Assembly (NCBI RefSeq): GCF_902713615.1
Contig: NC_052147.1
Coordinates: 2,976,001-3,040,000, forward strand
Direction of reading: 5' to 3'
Length of the DNA: 64,000 nucleotides
Source of the DNA: Scyliorhinus canicula
Lineage: Eukaryota
Both the position numbers and the translations under genes were made by a program. The notes beneath the pieces were generated by a model that was not told the origin of the DNA, ran no database searches, and worked only from the letters and a program-made list of their open reading frames with translations. Positions 1 through 10,961 of the stretch are shown here, in pieces (the first letter of the stretch is position 1; each line of letters opens with the position of its first letter).

Positions 1-3000
1 CCCCAGTGGGTTAATGCCCCTCGCCCCCCAGTGGGTTAATGCCCCTCCCCCCCAGTGGGTTAATGCCCCTCCCCCCAGTGGGTTAATGCCCCTCCCCCCA
101 GTGGGTTAATGCCCCTCCCCCCAGTGGGTTAATGCCCCTCCCCCCAGTGGGTTAATGCCCCTCCCCCCCAGTGGGTTAATGCCCCTCCCCCCAGTGGGTT
201 AATGCCCCTCCCCCCCCCCAGTGGGTTAATGCCCCTCCCCAGTGGGTTAATGCCCCTCCCCCCCAGTGGGTTAATGCCCCTCCCCCAGTGGGTTAATGCC
301 CCTCCCCCAGTGGGTTAATGCCCCCCCAGTGGGTTAATGCCCCTCCCCCCAGTGGGTTAATGCCCCTCCCCCCCAGTGGGTTAATGCCCCTCCCCCAGTG
401 GGTTAATGCCTCTCCCCCAGTGGGTTAATGCCCCTCCCCCCAGTGGGTTAATGCCCCTCCCCCCAGTGGGTTAATGCCCCTCCCCCCGGTGGGTTAATGC
501 CCCTCCCCCCCGGTGGGTTAATGCCCCTCCCCCCCAGTGGGTAAATGCCCCTCCCCCCCAGTGGGTTAATGCCCCTCCCCCCCAGTGGGTTAATGCCCCT
601 CCCCCCCAGTGGGTTAATGCCCCTCCCCCCCAGTGGGTTAATGCCCCTCCCCCCAGTGGGTTAATGCCCCTCCCCCCAGTGGGTTAATGCCCCTCCCCCC
701 AGTGGGTTAATGCCCCTCCCCCCCCAGTGGGCTAATGCCCCTCCCCCCCAGTGGGTTAATGCCCCGCCCCTCCCCCAGTGGGTTAATGCCCCCCCCAGTG
801 GGTTAATGCCCCCCCAGTGGGTTAATGCCCCCCCAGTGGGTTAATGCTCCCCCACCCAGTGGGTTAATGCCCCTCCCCCCCAGTGGGTTAATGCCCCTCC
901 CCCCCAGTGGGTTAATGCCCCTCCCCCCCAGTGGGTTAATGCCCCTCCCCCCCAGTGGGTTAATGCCCCTCCCCCCAGTGGGTTAATGCCCCCCCCTGTG
1001 GGCCCCCCCAGTGGGTTAATCCCCCCCCAGTGGGTTAATGCCCCTCCCCCCCAGTGGGTTAATGCCCCTCCCCCCAGTGGGTTAATGCCCCTCCCCCCCA
1101 GTGGGTTAATGCCCCTCCCCCCCAGTGGGTTAATGCCCCTCCCCCCCAGTGGGTTAATGCCCCTCCCCCCCGGTGGTTTAATGCCCCTCCCCCCAGTGGG
1201 TTAATGCCCCTCCCCCCCAGTGGGTTGATGCCCCTCCCCCCAGTGGGTTAATGCCCCTCCCCCCCAGTGGGTTAATGCCCCTCCCCCCCCCCCAGTGGGT
1301 TAATGCCCCTCCCCAGTGGGTTAATGCCCCTCCCCCCCAGTGGGTTAATGCCCCTCCCCCAGTGGGTTAATGCCCCTCCCCCAGTGGGTTAATGCCCCCC
1401 CAGTGGGTTAATGCCCCTCCCCCCAGTGGGTTAATGCCCCTCCCCCCCCAGTGGGTTAATGCCCCTCCCCCAGTGGGTTAATGCCCCTCCCCCAGTGGGT
1501 TAATGCCCCTCCCCCCAGTGGGTTAATGCCCCTCCCCCCAGTGGGTTAATGCCCCTCCCCCCGGTGGGTTAATGCCCCTCCCCCCCGGTGGGTTAATGAC
1601 CCTCCCCCCGGTGGGTTAATGCCCCTCCCCCCCAGTGGGTTAATGCCCCTCCCCCCCAGTGGGTTAATGCCCCTCCCCCCCAGTGGGTTAATGCCCCTCC
1701 CCCCCCCCAGTGGGTTAATGCCCCTCCCCCCCAGTGGGTTAATGCCCCTCCCCCCCAGTGGGTTAATGCCCCTCCCCCCAGTGGGTTAATGCCCCTCCCC
1801 CCAGTGGGTTAATGCCCCTCCCCCCAGTGGGTTAATGCCCCACCCCCCCAGTGGGCTAATGCCCCTCCCCCCCAGTGGGTTAATGCCCCGACCCCTCCCC
1901 CAGTGGGTTAATGCTCCCCCCCCCCAGTGGGTTAATGCCCCCCCAGTGGGTTAATGCCCCCCCAGTGGGTTAATGCCCCTCCCCCCCCAGTGGGTTAATG
2001 CCCCTCCCCCCCCAGTGGGTTAATGCCCCTCCCCCCCCAGTGGGTTAATGCCCCTCCCCCCCAGTGGGTTAATGCCCCTCCCCCCCAGTGGGTTAATGCC
2101 CCTCCCCCCAGTGGGTTAATGCCCCCCCCTGTGGGCCCCCCCAGTGGGTTAATCCCCCCCCCCCAGTGGGTTAATGCCCCTCCCCCCCAGTGGGTTAATG
2201 CCCCTCCCCCCAGTGGGTTAATGCCCCTCCCCCCCAGTGGGTTAATGCCCTTCCCCCCCCCAGTGGATTAATGCCCCTCCCCCCCAGTGGGTTAATGCCC
2301 CTCCCCCCCGGTGGGTTAATGCCCCTCCCCCCCAGTGGGTTAATGCCCCTCCCCCCAGTGGGTTAATGCCCCTCCCCCCAGTGGGTTAATGCCCCTCCCC
2401 CCAGTGGGTTAATGCCCCTCCCCCCCCAGTGGGTTAATGCCCCTCCCCCCAAGTGGGTTAATGCCCCTCCCCCAGTGGGTTAATGCCCCTCCCCCCCCAG
2501 TGGGTTAATGCCCCTCCCCCCCCAGTGGGTTAATGCCCCTCCCCCCAGTGGGTTAATGCCCCTCCCCAGTGGGTTAATGCCCCTCCCCCCAGTGGGTTAA
2601 TGCCCCTCCCCCCCAGTGGGTTAATGCCCCTCCCCCAGTGGGTTAATGCCCCTCCCCCAGTGGGTTAATGCCCCCTCCAGTGGGTTAATGCCCCTCCCCC
2701 CAGTGGCTTAATGCCCCTCCCCCCAGTGGGTTAATGCCCCTCCCCCAGTGGGTTAATGCCCCTCCCCCAGTGGGTTAATGCCCCTCCCCCCAGTGGGTTA
2801 ATGCCCCTCCCCCCAGTGGGTTAATGCCCCTCCCCCCAGTGGGTTAATGCCCCTCCCCCCCAGTGGGTTAATGCCCCTCCCCCCCAGTGGGTTAATGCCC
2901 CTCCCCCCCAGTGGGTTAATGCCCCTCCCCCCCAGTGGGTTAATGCCCCTCCCCCCAGTGGGTTAATGCCCCTCCCCCCCAGTGGGTTAATGCCCCTCCC

Positions 3001-4441
3001 CCCCAGTGGGTTAATGCCCCTCCCCCCAGTGGGTTAATGCCCCTCCCCCCAGTGGGTTAATGCCCCTCCCCCCAGTGGGTTAATGCCCCTCCCCCAGTGG
3101 GTTAATGCCCCTCCCCCAGTGGGTTAATGCCCCTCCCCCCAGTGGGTTAATGCCCCTCCCCCCAGTGGGTTAATGCCCCTTCCCCCCAGTGGGCTAATGC
3201 CCCTCCCCCCCAGTGGGTTAATGCCCCGCCCCTCCCCCCAGTGGGTTAATGCCCCCCGCCCCCCCCCCCAGTGGGTTAATGCCCCCCCACCCAGTGGGTT
3301 AATGCCCCTCCCCCCCAGTGGGTTAATGCCCCTCCCCCCCAGTGGGTTAATGCCCCTCCCCCCAGTGGGTTAATGTCCCCCCCTGTGGGGCCCCCCAGTG
3401 GGTTAATGCCCCCCCCAGTGGGTTAATGCCCCTCCCCCCAGTGGGTTAATGCCCCTCACCCCCAGTGGGTTAATGCCCCTCCCCCCCCCCAGTGGGTTAA
3501 TGCCCCTCCCCCCCCCTGTGGGTTAATGCCCCTCCCCCCAGTGGGTTAATGCCCCTCCCCCCCAGTGGGTTAATGCCCCTCCCCCCCAGTGGGTTAATGC
3601 CCCTCCCCCCCCAGTGGGTTAATGCCCCTCCTCCCCCAGTGGGTTAATGCCCCTCCCCCCCCAGTGGGTTAATGCCCCTCCCCCCCAGTGGGTTAATGCC
3701 CCTCCCCCCCAGTGGGTTAATGCCCCTCCCCCCCAGTGGGTTAATGCCCCTCCCACCCAGTGGGTTAATGCCCCTCCCCCCCAGTGGGTTAATGCCCCTC
3801 CCCCCCAGTGGGTTAATGCCCCTCCCCCCCAGTGGGTTAATGCCCCTCCCCCCCCGTGGGTTAATGCCCCTCCCCCCCAGTGGGTTAATGCCCCTCCCCC
3901 CCCAGTGGGTTAATGCCCCTCCCCCCCAGTGGGTTAATGCCCCTCCCCCCCCAGTGGGTTAATGCCCCTCCCCCCCAGTGGGTTAATGCCCCCCCCCCCC
4001 CAGTGGGTTAATGCCCCTCCCCCCCAGTGGGTTAATGCCCCCCCCCCCCCAGTGGGTTAATGCCCCTCCCCCCCCAGTGGGTTAATGCCCCTCCCCCCCC
4101 AGTGGGTTAATGCCCCTCCCCCCCCAGTGGGTTAATGCCCCTCCCCCCCCAGTGGGTTAATGCCCCTCCCCCCCCAGTGGGTTAATGCCCCTCCCCCCCC
4201 AGTGGGTTAATGCCCCTCCCCCCCCAGTGGGTTAATGCCCCTCCCCCCCCAGTGGGTTAATGCCCCTCCCCCCCCAGTGGGTTAATGCCCCCCCCCCCCC
4301 AGTGGGTTAATGCCCCTCCCCCCCCAGTGGGTTAATGCCCCTCCCCCCCAGTGGGTTAATGCCCCTCCCCCCCAGTGGGTTAATGCCCCTCCCCCCCCCA
4401 GTGGGTTAATGCCCCTCCCCCCCCAGTGGGTTAATGCCCCT
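1..4441. repeat. Minisatellite, unit CAGTGGGTTAATGCCCCT + variable C-run (~24-28 bp), in intron 1 of the SAMD15-like gene; continues past the window start
   Basis: Directly visible tandem array of roughly 170 units. G-rich on the minus (SAMD15 sense) strand. Confidence 0.98.
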
Positions 4442-4452
4442 GAATTACTCGC

Positions 4453-4581
4453 CTTGTACTGGGGGAAGCCCAGTTTCTGGATCCATTTGGCCACATCCCT
4501 CTCCTGCCAGTGCTGACTGCGGGGTACCACCAGGGGGTGACAGCCGCAGCGACACTCCCCCGAGCACGGGTACTTAGCCAT
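4453..4581 (-). CDS. SAMD15: SAMD15-like sterile alpha motif protein, coding exon 1 (MAKYPCSGECRCGCHPLVVPRSQHWQERDVAKWIQKLGFPQYK); later exons lie left of the window
   Basis: WxxxDVAxWIxxLGFPQYK is the start of a SAM domain and resembles SAMD15 (recalled human WDPEEVAEWISQLGFPQYK). The exon ends AAG|GCGAGT. Head-to-head with TMED8, as recalled for the mammalian locus. Confidence 0.85.
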
Positions 4582-4608
4582 CCGGGCTCTCCGCGGCCCA
4601 CTGCACCC

Positions 4609-4712
4609 CGCCGCCCCAGCAACCGTTACCAGGATACCAGCTGGCGCCGCCCCAGCAACCGTTACCAGGATACCAGCTGGCGCGTCACCGCCGACACGGT
4701 TACCACGGCAAC
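4609..4712. promoter_or_regulatory. Cluster of RFX X-box-like motifs upstream of the SAMD15 ATG
   Basis: GTTACCACGGCAAC at 4699-4712. GTTACCAGGATAC at 4625-4637 and 4661-4673, inside a perfect 36-bp tandem duplication (4609-4644 / 4645-4680). Confidence 0.65.
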
Positions 4713-4903
4713 CCATCTGTATATACGGGTCATAAAACCGGTTATGTCCTAAGAAATTCACAATTGGGAAAATAACAAATGGGTCTCGAACAATCCGCTT
4801 TCCTTTCAAGTTTTGACACGTGAAATGCAATTTTCACCCCATTCTTCATTGGTTCCGTAATTACCCCTTTTACCACCCTATTCCGGTATTCCTGTCTGTG
4901 AAT

Positions 4904-7124
4904 CGGCAGTTTCCGTGCCGAGGTCGGGTCCCGCCTCCACTTCCGGTCCCACCCTCGGCAGTTTCCGTGCCGAGCTCGGCTCCCTCCTCCACTTCCGGTC
5001 CCACCCTCGGCAGTTTCCGTGCCGCCGCTCGGGCCCCGCCTCCACTTCCGGTCCCACCCTCGGCAGTTTCTGCGCCGCCGCTCGGCTCCCTCCTCCACTT
5101 CCGGTCCCACCCTCGGCAGTTTCCGTGTCGAGCTCGTCTCCCTCCTCCACTTCCGGTTCCACCCTCGGCAGTTTCCGAGCCGCCGCTCGGGCCCCGCCTC
5201 CACTTCCGGTCCCACCCTCGGCAGTTTCCGTGCCGAGCTCGGCTCCCTCCTCCACTTCCGGTCCCACCCTCGGCAGTTTCCGTGCCGCCGCTCGGGCCCC
5301 GCCTCCACTTCCGGTCCCACCCTCGGCAGTTTCTGCGCCGCCGCTCGGCTCCCTCCTCCACTTCCGGTCCCACCCTCGGCAGTTTCCGTGTCGATCTCGT
5401 CTCTCTCCTCCACTTCCGGTTCCACCCTCGGCAGTTTCCGAGCCGCCGCTCGGGCCCCGCCTCCACTTCCGGTCCCACCCTCGGCAGTTTCCGTGCCGCC
5501 GCTCGGGCCCCGCCTCCACTTCCGGTCCCACCCTCGGCACTTTCCGTCCGCCGCTCGGGCCCCGCCTCCACTTCCGGTCCCACCCTCGGCAGTTTCCGTG
5601 CCGCCGCTCGGGCTCCGCCTCCAGTTCCCGTCCCACATTCGGCAGTTTCCGTGCCGCCGCTCGGGCCCCGCCTCCAGTTCCGGTCCCACCCTCGGCTCCC
5701 TCCTCCAGTTCCGGTCCCACCCTCGGCAGTTTCCGTGCCGCCGCTCGGGCCCCTCCTCCAGTTCCGGTCCCACCCTCGGCAGTTTCCGTGCCGCCGCTCG
5801 GCTCCCTCCTCCAGTTCCGGTCCCACCCTCGGCAGTTTCCGTGCCGAGCTCGGCTCCCTCCTCCAGTTCCGGTCCCACCCTCGGCAGTTTCCGTGCCGAG
5901 CTCGGCTCCCTCCTCCAGTTCCGGTCCCACCCTCGGCAGTTTCCGTGCCGAGCTCGGCTCCCTCCTCCAGTTCCGGTCCCACCCTCGGCAGTTTCCGTGC
6001 CGCCGCTCGGGCCCCTCCTCCAGTTCCGGTCCCACCCTCGGCAGTTTCCGTACCGAGCTCGGGCCCCGCCTCCACTTCCGGTTCCACCCTCGGCAGTTTC
6101 CGAGCCGCCGCTCGGGCCCCGCCTCCACTTCCGGTCCCATCCTCGGCAGTTTCCGTGCCGCCGCTCGGGCCCCGCCTCCACTTCCGGTCCCACCCTCGGC
6201 ACTTTCCGTCCGCCGCTCGGGCCCCGCCTCCACTTCCGGTCCCACCCTCGGCAGTTTCCGTGCCGCCGCTCGGGCCCCGCCTCCAGTTCCGGTCCCACCC
6301 TCGGCAGTTTCCGTGCCGAGCTCGGCTCCCTCCTCCAGTTCCGGTCCCACCCTCGGCAGTTTCCGTGCCGAGCTCGGCTCCCTCCTCCAGTTCCGGTCCC
6401 ACCCTCGGCACTTTCCGTCCGCCGCTCGGGCCCCGCCTCCACTTCCGGTCCCACCCTCGGCAGTTTCCGTGCCGCCGCTCGGGCTCCGCCTCCAGTTCCC
6501 GTCCCACATTCGGCAGTTTCCGTGCCGCCGCTCGGGCCCCGCCTCCAGTTCCGGTCCCACCCTCGGCTCCCTCCTCCAGTTCCGGTCCCACCCTCGGCAG
6601 TTTCCGTGCCGCCGCTCGGGCCCCTCCTCCAGTTCCGGTCCCACCCTCGGCAGTTTCCGTGCCGCCGCTCGGCTCCCTCCTCCAGTTCCGGTCCCACCCT
6701 CGGCAGTTTCCGTGCCGAGCTCGGCTCCCTCCTCCAGTTCCGGTCCCACCCTCGGCAGTTTCCGTGCCGAGCTCGGCTCCCTCCTCCAGTTCCGGTCCCA
6801 CCCTCGGCAGTTTCCGTGCCGAGCTCGGCTCCCTCCTCCAGTTCCGGTCCCACCCTCGGCAGTTTCCGTGCCGCCGCTCGGGCCCCTCCTCCAGTTCCGG
6901 TCCCACCCTCGGCAGTTTCCGTACCGAGCTCGGGCCCCGCCTCCAGTTCCGGCCCCACCCTCGGCAGTTTCCGTGCCGCCGCTCGGGCCCCGCCTCCAGT
7001 TCCGGTCCCACCCTCGGCTCCCTCCTCCAGTTCCGGTCCCACCCTCGGCAGTTTCCGTGCCGAGCTCGGGCCCCGCCTCCAGTTCCGGTCCCACCCTCGG
7101 CAGTTTCCGTGCCGAGCTCGGCTC
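4904..7124. repeat. CpG-rich ~52-53 bp minisatellite (~42 units) filling the SAMD15/TMED8 bidirectional promoter interval
   Basis: Unit CGGCAGTTTCCGTGCCG(AG/CCG)CTCGG(CTCCCT/GCCCCG)CCTCCA(C/G)TTCCGGTCCCACCCT. Many units carry an ETS motif (CACTTCCGG) and/or a GC box (CCCCGCCTCC). Ends about 30 nt before the TMED8 ATG. Confidence 0.97.
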
Positions 7125-7156
7125 TCTCCGGAGGCCGCGGACGCGCTGAGGTGACG

Positions 7157-7379
7157 ATGGCGAGCGGGGCGGCCGCCGGGCGGCAGTGCTCTGGGCTGCG
7201 GGGCGGGGGCTCAGCCCGCGGAGAGGCGGAGGCAGAGGCAGAGGCGGAGGCGGAGGCGGAGGCGGGCACCGGGAGGACGCCGAGCGGCAGCAGCGGGATG
7301 AAGATGGGGATGAGCCTGGGAGTGCCGGCGGCCGACAAACCGCCGCAGGAGCCGGAGGAGCGGCCGGAGCCCGAGCCGG
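7157..7379 (+). CDS. TMED8: TMED8 coding exon 1 (MASGAAAG...EAEAEAEAEAEA...EPEERPEPEP, phase 1)
   Basis: ATG in good Kozak context (acgATGg), CpG-island context, donor G|GTGAGC, phase-compatible with the next exon. Low-complexity N-terminus, so identity rests on the downstream exons. Confidence 0.75.
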
Positions 7380-7440
7380 GTGAGCGGCGGCCGGGAGTCG
7401 GGGGCCGGGGGCCGGGGGGGAAGAGGAGAGGAGGGGGAGA

Positions 7441-8370
7441 CCCTCACCCCTCACCCCTCACCCCTCACCCCTCACCCCTCACCCCCCACCCCTCACCCCT
7501 CACCCCCCCACCCCACCCCTCACCCCCCCACCCCCACCCCTCACCCCCCCACCCCCCACCCCTCACTCTCATTCTTCCCTTCACCCCCTTCACCATCTTC
7601 ACCCCCTTCACCCCCTTCACCCCCTTCACCCCTTCACCATCTTCACCCCTTCACCATCTTCACCCCTTCACCATCTTCACCCCATCACCATCTTCACCAT
7701 CTTCACCCCTTCACCATCTTCACCATCTTCACCCCTTCACCATCTTCACCCCTTCACCATCTTCACCCCTTCACCATCTTCACCCCATCACCATCTTCAC
7801 CATCTTCACCCCTTCACCATCTTCACCCCTTCACCATCTTCACCCCTTCACCATCTTCACCATCTTCACCCCTTCACCATCTTCACCCCTTCACCATCTT
7901 CACCCCTTCACCATCTTCACCCCTTCACCATCTTCACCCCTTCACCATCTTCACCCCTTCACCATCTTCACCCCCTTCACCATCTTCACCCCTTCACCAT
8001 CTTCACCCCTTCACCATCTTCACCATCTTCACCCCCTTCACCCCTTCACCATCTTCACCATCTTCACCCCTTCACCATCTTCACCCCTTCACCATCTTCA
8101 CCCCCTTCACCATCTTCACCCCTTCACCCCCTTCACCATCTTCACCCCTTCACCCCTTCACCATCTTCACCCCTTCACCATCTTCACCCCCTTCACCCCC
8201 TTCACCCCTTCACCCCTTCACCCCTTCACCATCTTCACCATCTTCACCATCTTCACCATCTTCACCCCTTCACCATCTTCACCCCTTCACCCCCTTCACC
8301 CCTTCACCCCCTTCACCCCTTCACCATCTTCACCCCTTCACCATCTTCACCCCCTTCACCATCTTCAGCC
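7441..8370. repeat. Short-unit tandem array (TCACCCC(T) / TCACCATCT, 7-9 bp units) at the start of TMED8 intron 1
   Basis: Directly visible; starts about 60 nt after the exon 1 donor. Confidence 0.97.
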
Positions 8371-10043
8371 CATTCTCTGCTCTCCCCCCTCCCCCTCCCC
8401 CCCCCTCCCCCTCCCCCCTCCCCCCTCCGCCCAGGATGTGTGAGTGTGAAGACGTTGTTGGGTTTGGTGGGATTTCAGGATCATTCATCAATGTTCATGT
8501 CTGTCAGTCTCTCTGTGGAAATGGTTGGATTGTTGTGAATCTCTCTCTAACCAACAAGTTAAATGCCAAGAGTCTATGTTTTGAAGGGATAAATTGAGAA
8601 TGCAGAAATACACCAGTAAATTTGACAGATGTATTTTGATCATCGTTTAGACCTGTGAAATTGGACACGAAGATGGTTTTCTTCAAGCTAAATGTCGCTA
8701 GTGTTATTTATGGTGACAGCGATTTAATAGAATCCACGGTTAGTCTGGAATTCTCTGCCTAACAGTGTGGGACAGGCAGGTTCAGTTGCTGCTTTTAAAG
8801 GATAAACAAGAACCTGAAGAGAGAATATCCGTTGTGTTATGTGGAGCGGGAGTGGGGCCAGCTGAGGGTTAGCATGATTGTGACTGGTTGAATGGCTGCT
8901 TTCTGTGCTGTAGCCATTCTGTGATGTGGTTGTGGCTTCAACCACTTCATTAAAAATGGTCGGAGAGTGGGCACAGAGGGGGCAGTTACAGAAAGAACAC
9001 CATGCACACTGCCAACCCCAGACTTATTGCAAGAAAATGAAATGCAGTGGAATTTGGGATTTTTAAAACAAATTGGGAGCTTGGAGATGTCTTGGTGATA
9101 CTGCGATGCTGCAGTGTTTCTTTTGCAGCTTGTTACATTTGAACAATGGCAGCAATGCACTGTTGCCATGCTGATAGGGAAAACTGAGGGTATCCAATAA
9201 TAAATTGGTTTGCGCCAAACCCAAAGGTTTTGTTTGCTAAAGACATCTGTGCATTTGTTCTCTGCATAATCTGCAACAATCTGTATTATTGCACCATCAT
9301 AGTTCCAGGGGAGTTGCTGACATCAAGCACAGAATGGCATCAGGGATGGAGGGACCTCAGTGAGATGGAGGAGCTGGGACTGTCGTTCCAGCTATGGAAA
9401 TTGGGCTTCAAAGTAATGGAGGATTCTGATCCAGCAAATAAAGAGGCAGAAGCTTTGCTCAGCAGGGACACACAGATTTATGGCGATTGGCTAAAGGACC
9501 AGAGAGGGCGATGAGGAAGTAATCTTTTTATGCTGTAAGTTGTTGTGACCTGGAGTTTGCTGCCTGGAATCCGATTCAACAATAACTTTCAAAATACATT
9601 GGACTTGATGGAAAAATAATGATGAGGATTTGGGGGAGATTGAGGGTGATCGATAAGCTCTGGTGCAGGCATAATGGCGACATTGTGTTCTGTATCATTC
9701 TAAGACGTTCAAAAATTAAACTTTCAGTTTTACTGATTTCTCTGTAGTTTATCTGGAGTTTCTTCCTATTTTTTCTTTTCACATAAAATATGGAACACCC
9801 CCCCCACCCCGGTATTTAAAACAGACTGATTTTACTGATCCCTATCTGATGAACGATTAATGGAAGTGGCTGCAATTTATGAACGGGGAATTATTTGTTT
9901 TTGTTTTTTTTTCATTTTGGGTGACGGTTAGAAGGGAAATTCCAACTGCACCAATCCTATTTTGGGAAATACAGACCCCCCCCCCCCCCCCTTATGCGCT
10001 GGGATCTCCCATGTCAGCAGCCTGGTGTACTGCTTGCATGTGT

Positions 10044-10407
10044 GTCAGCACAGTAGCATTGTGGATAGCACAATTGCTTCACAGCTCCAGGGTCCCAGGT
10101 TCGATTCCCGGCTTGGGTCACTGTCTGTGCGGAGTCTGCACATCCTCCCCGTGTGCATGGGTTTCCTCCGGGTGCTCCGGTTTCCTCCCACAGTCCAAAG
10201 ATGTGCAGGTTAGGTGGATTGGCCATGATAAATTGCCCTTCGTGTCCAAAATTGCCCTTAGTGTTGGGTGGGGTTACTGGGTTATGGGGATAAGGTGGAG
10301 GTGTTGACCTTGGGTAGGGTGCTCTTTCCAAGAGCCGGTGCAGACCTGATGTGCCGAATGGCCTCCTTCTGCACTGTAAATTCTATAATATCTATAATTC
10401 TATGATA
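10044..10407 (+). mobile_element. HE1/V-SINE-type tRNA-derived SINE with CR1-like tail
   Basis: tRNA-like head with B box GGTTCGATTCC, central GGAGTCTGCAC...GGGTTTCCTCCGGGTGCTCCGGTTTCCTCCCAC domain, tail GCCGAATGGCCT...TTCTAT. Confidence 0.85.
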
Positions 10408-10725
10408 AGTACACAAACACCAGGGATAAGAGCAGGAACAGACCATGTGGTTCTTGGAGCTTTCTCTGCCATCAACATGATCGTGGTTTATATTGGGCTT
10501 CAACCCCACTTTCCTGACGGTCCCCGTACACCTTCATTTCCTAAGAGGCTAAAAATCTGTCTATCCCAGCTGTAAACATGTTCAGCGATGGACCGTCCAC
10601 AACCCTCTGTGGTTGAGAATTCCAAAGTTCACAACCCTTTAAGTGAATTAATTTCTCCTCATCTCAGTCGTAAATGATCGGCCCCCTTCATCCCAAGACT
10701 GTGCCCCTTAACATTGTTGCTTCTC

Positions 10726-10960
10726 AGGTTTGATTCCGGCTTGGGTCACTGTCTGTGCGGAGTCTGCAGGTTCTCCCCATGTCTGCGTGAGTTTCCTCTG
10801 GGCGCTCCCGTTTCCTCCCACAAGTCCCGAAAGACGTGCTGTTAGATAATTTGGACATTCTGAATTCTCCCTCAGTGTACCTGAACAGGTGCCGGAGTGT
10901 GGCGACTAGGGGATTTTCACAGTAACTTCATTACAGTGTTAATCTAAGCCCACTATCTAA
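10726..10960 (+). mobile_element. 5'-truncated V-SINE with the ...GTGACAATAAA-type tail, split by the CR1 at 10962; tail resumes at ~12723-12760
   Basis: Matches intact copies at 31996 and 62206. The tail AAGCC|TACTTGTGACA is interrupted by the LINE. Confidence 0.8.
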
Positions 10961-10961
10961 G

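Noticed and set aside
1-4441. CRISPR-like or telomeric array (each unit contains GGGTTA)
   Set aside because: No unique spacers, only C-run length varies; eukaryotic context; a single GGGTTA per unit is not (TTAGGG)n.
4742-8597. Very long ORFs (700-1200 aa) in all six frames
   Set aside because: They come from stop-free GC-rich tandem units of non-triplet length. Only 7157-7379 has start and splice support.
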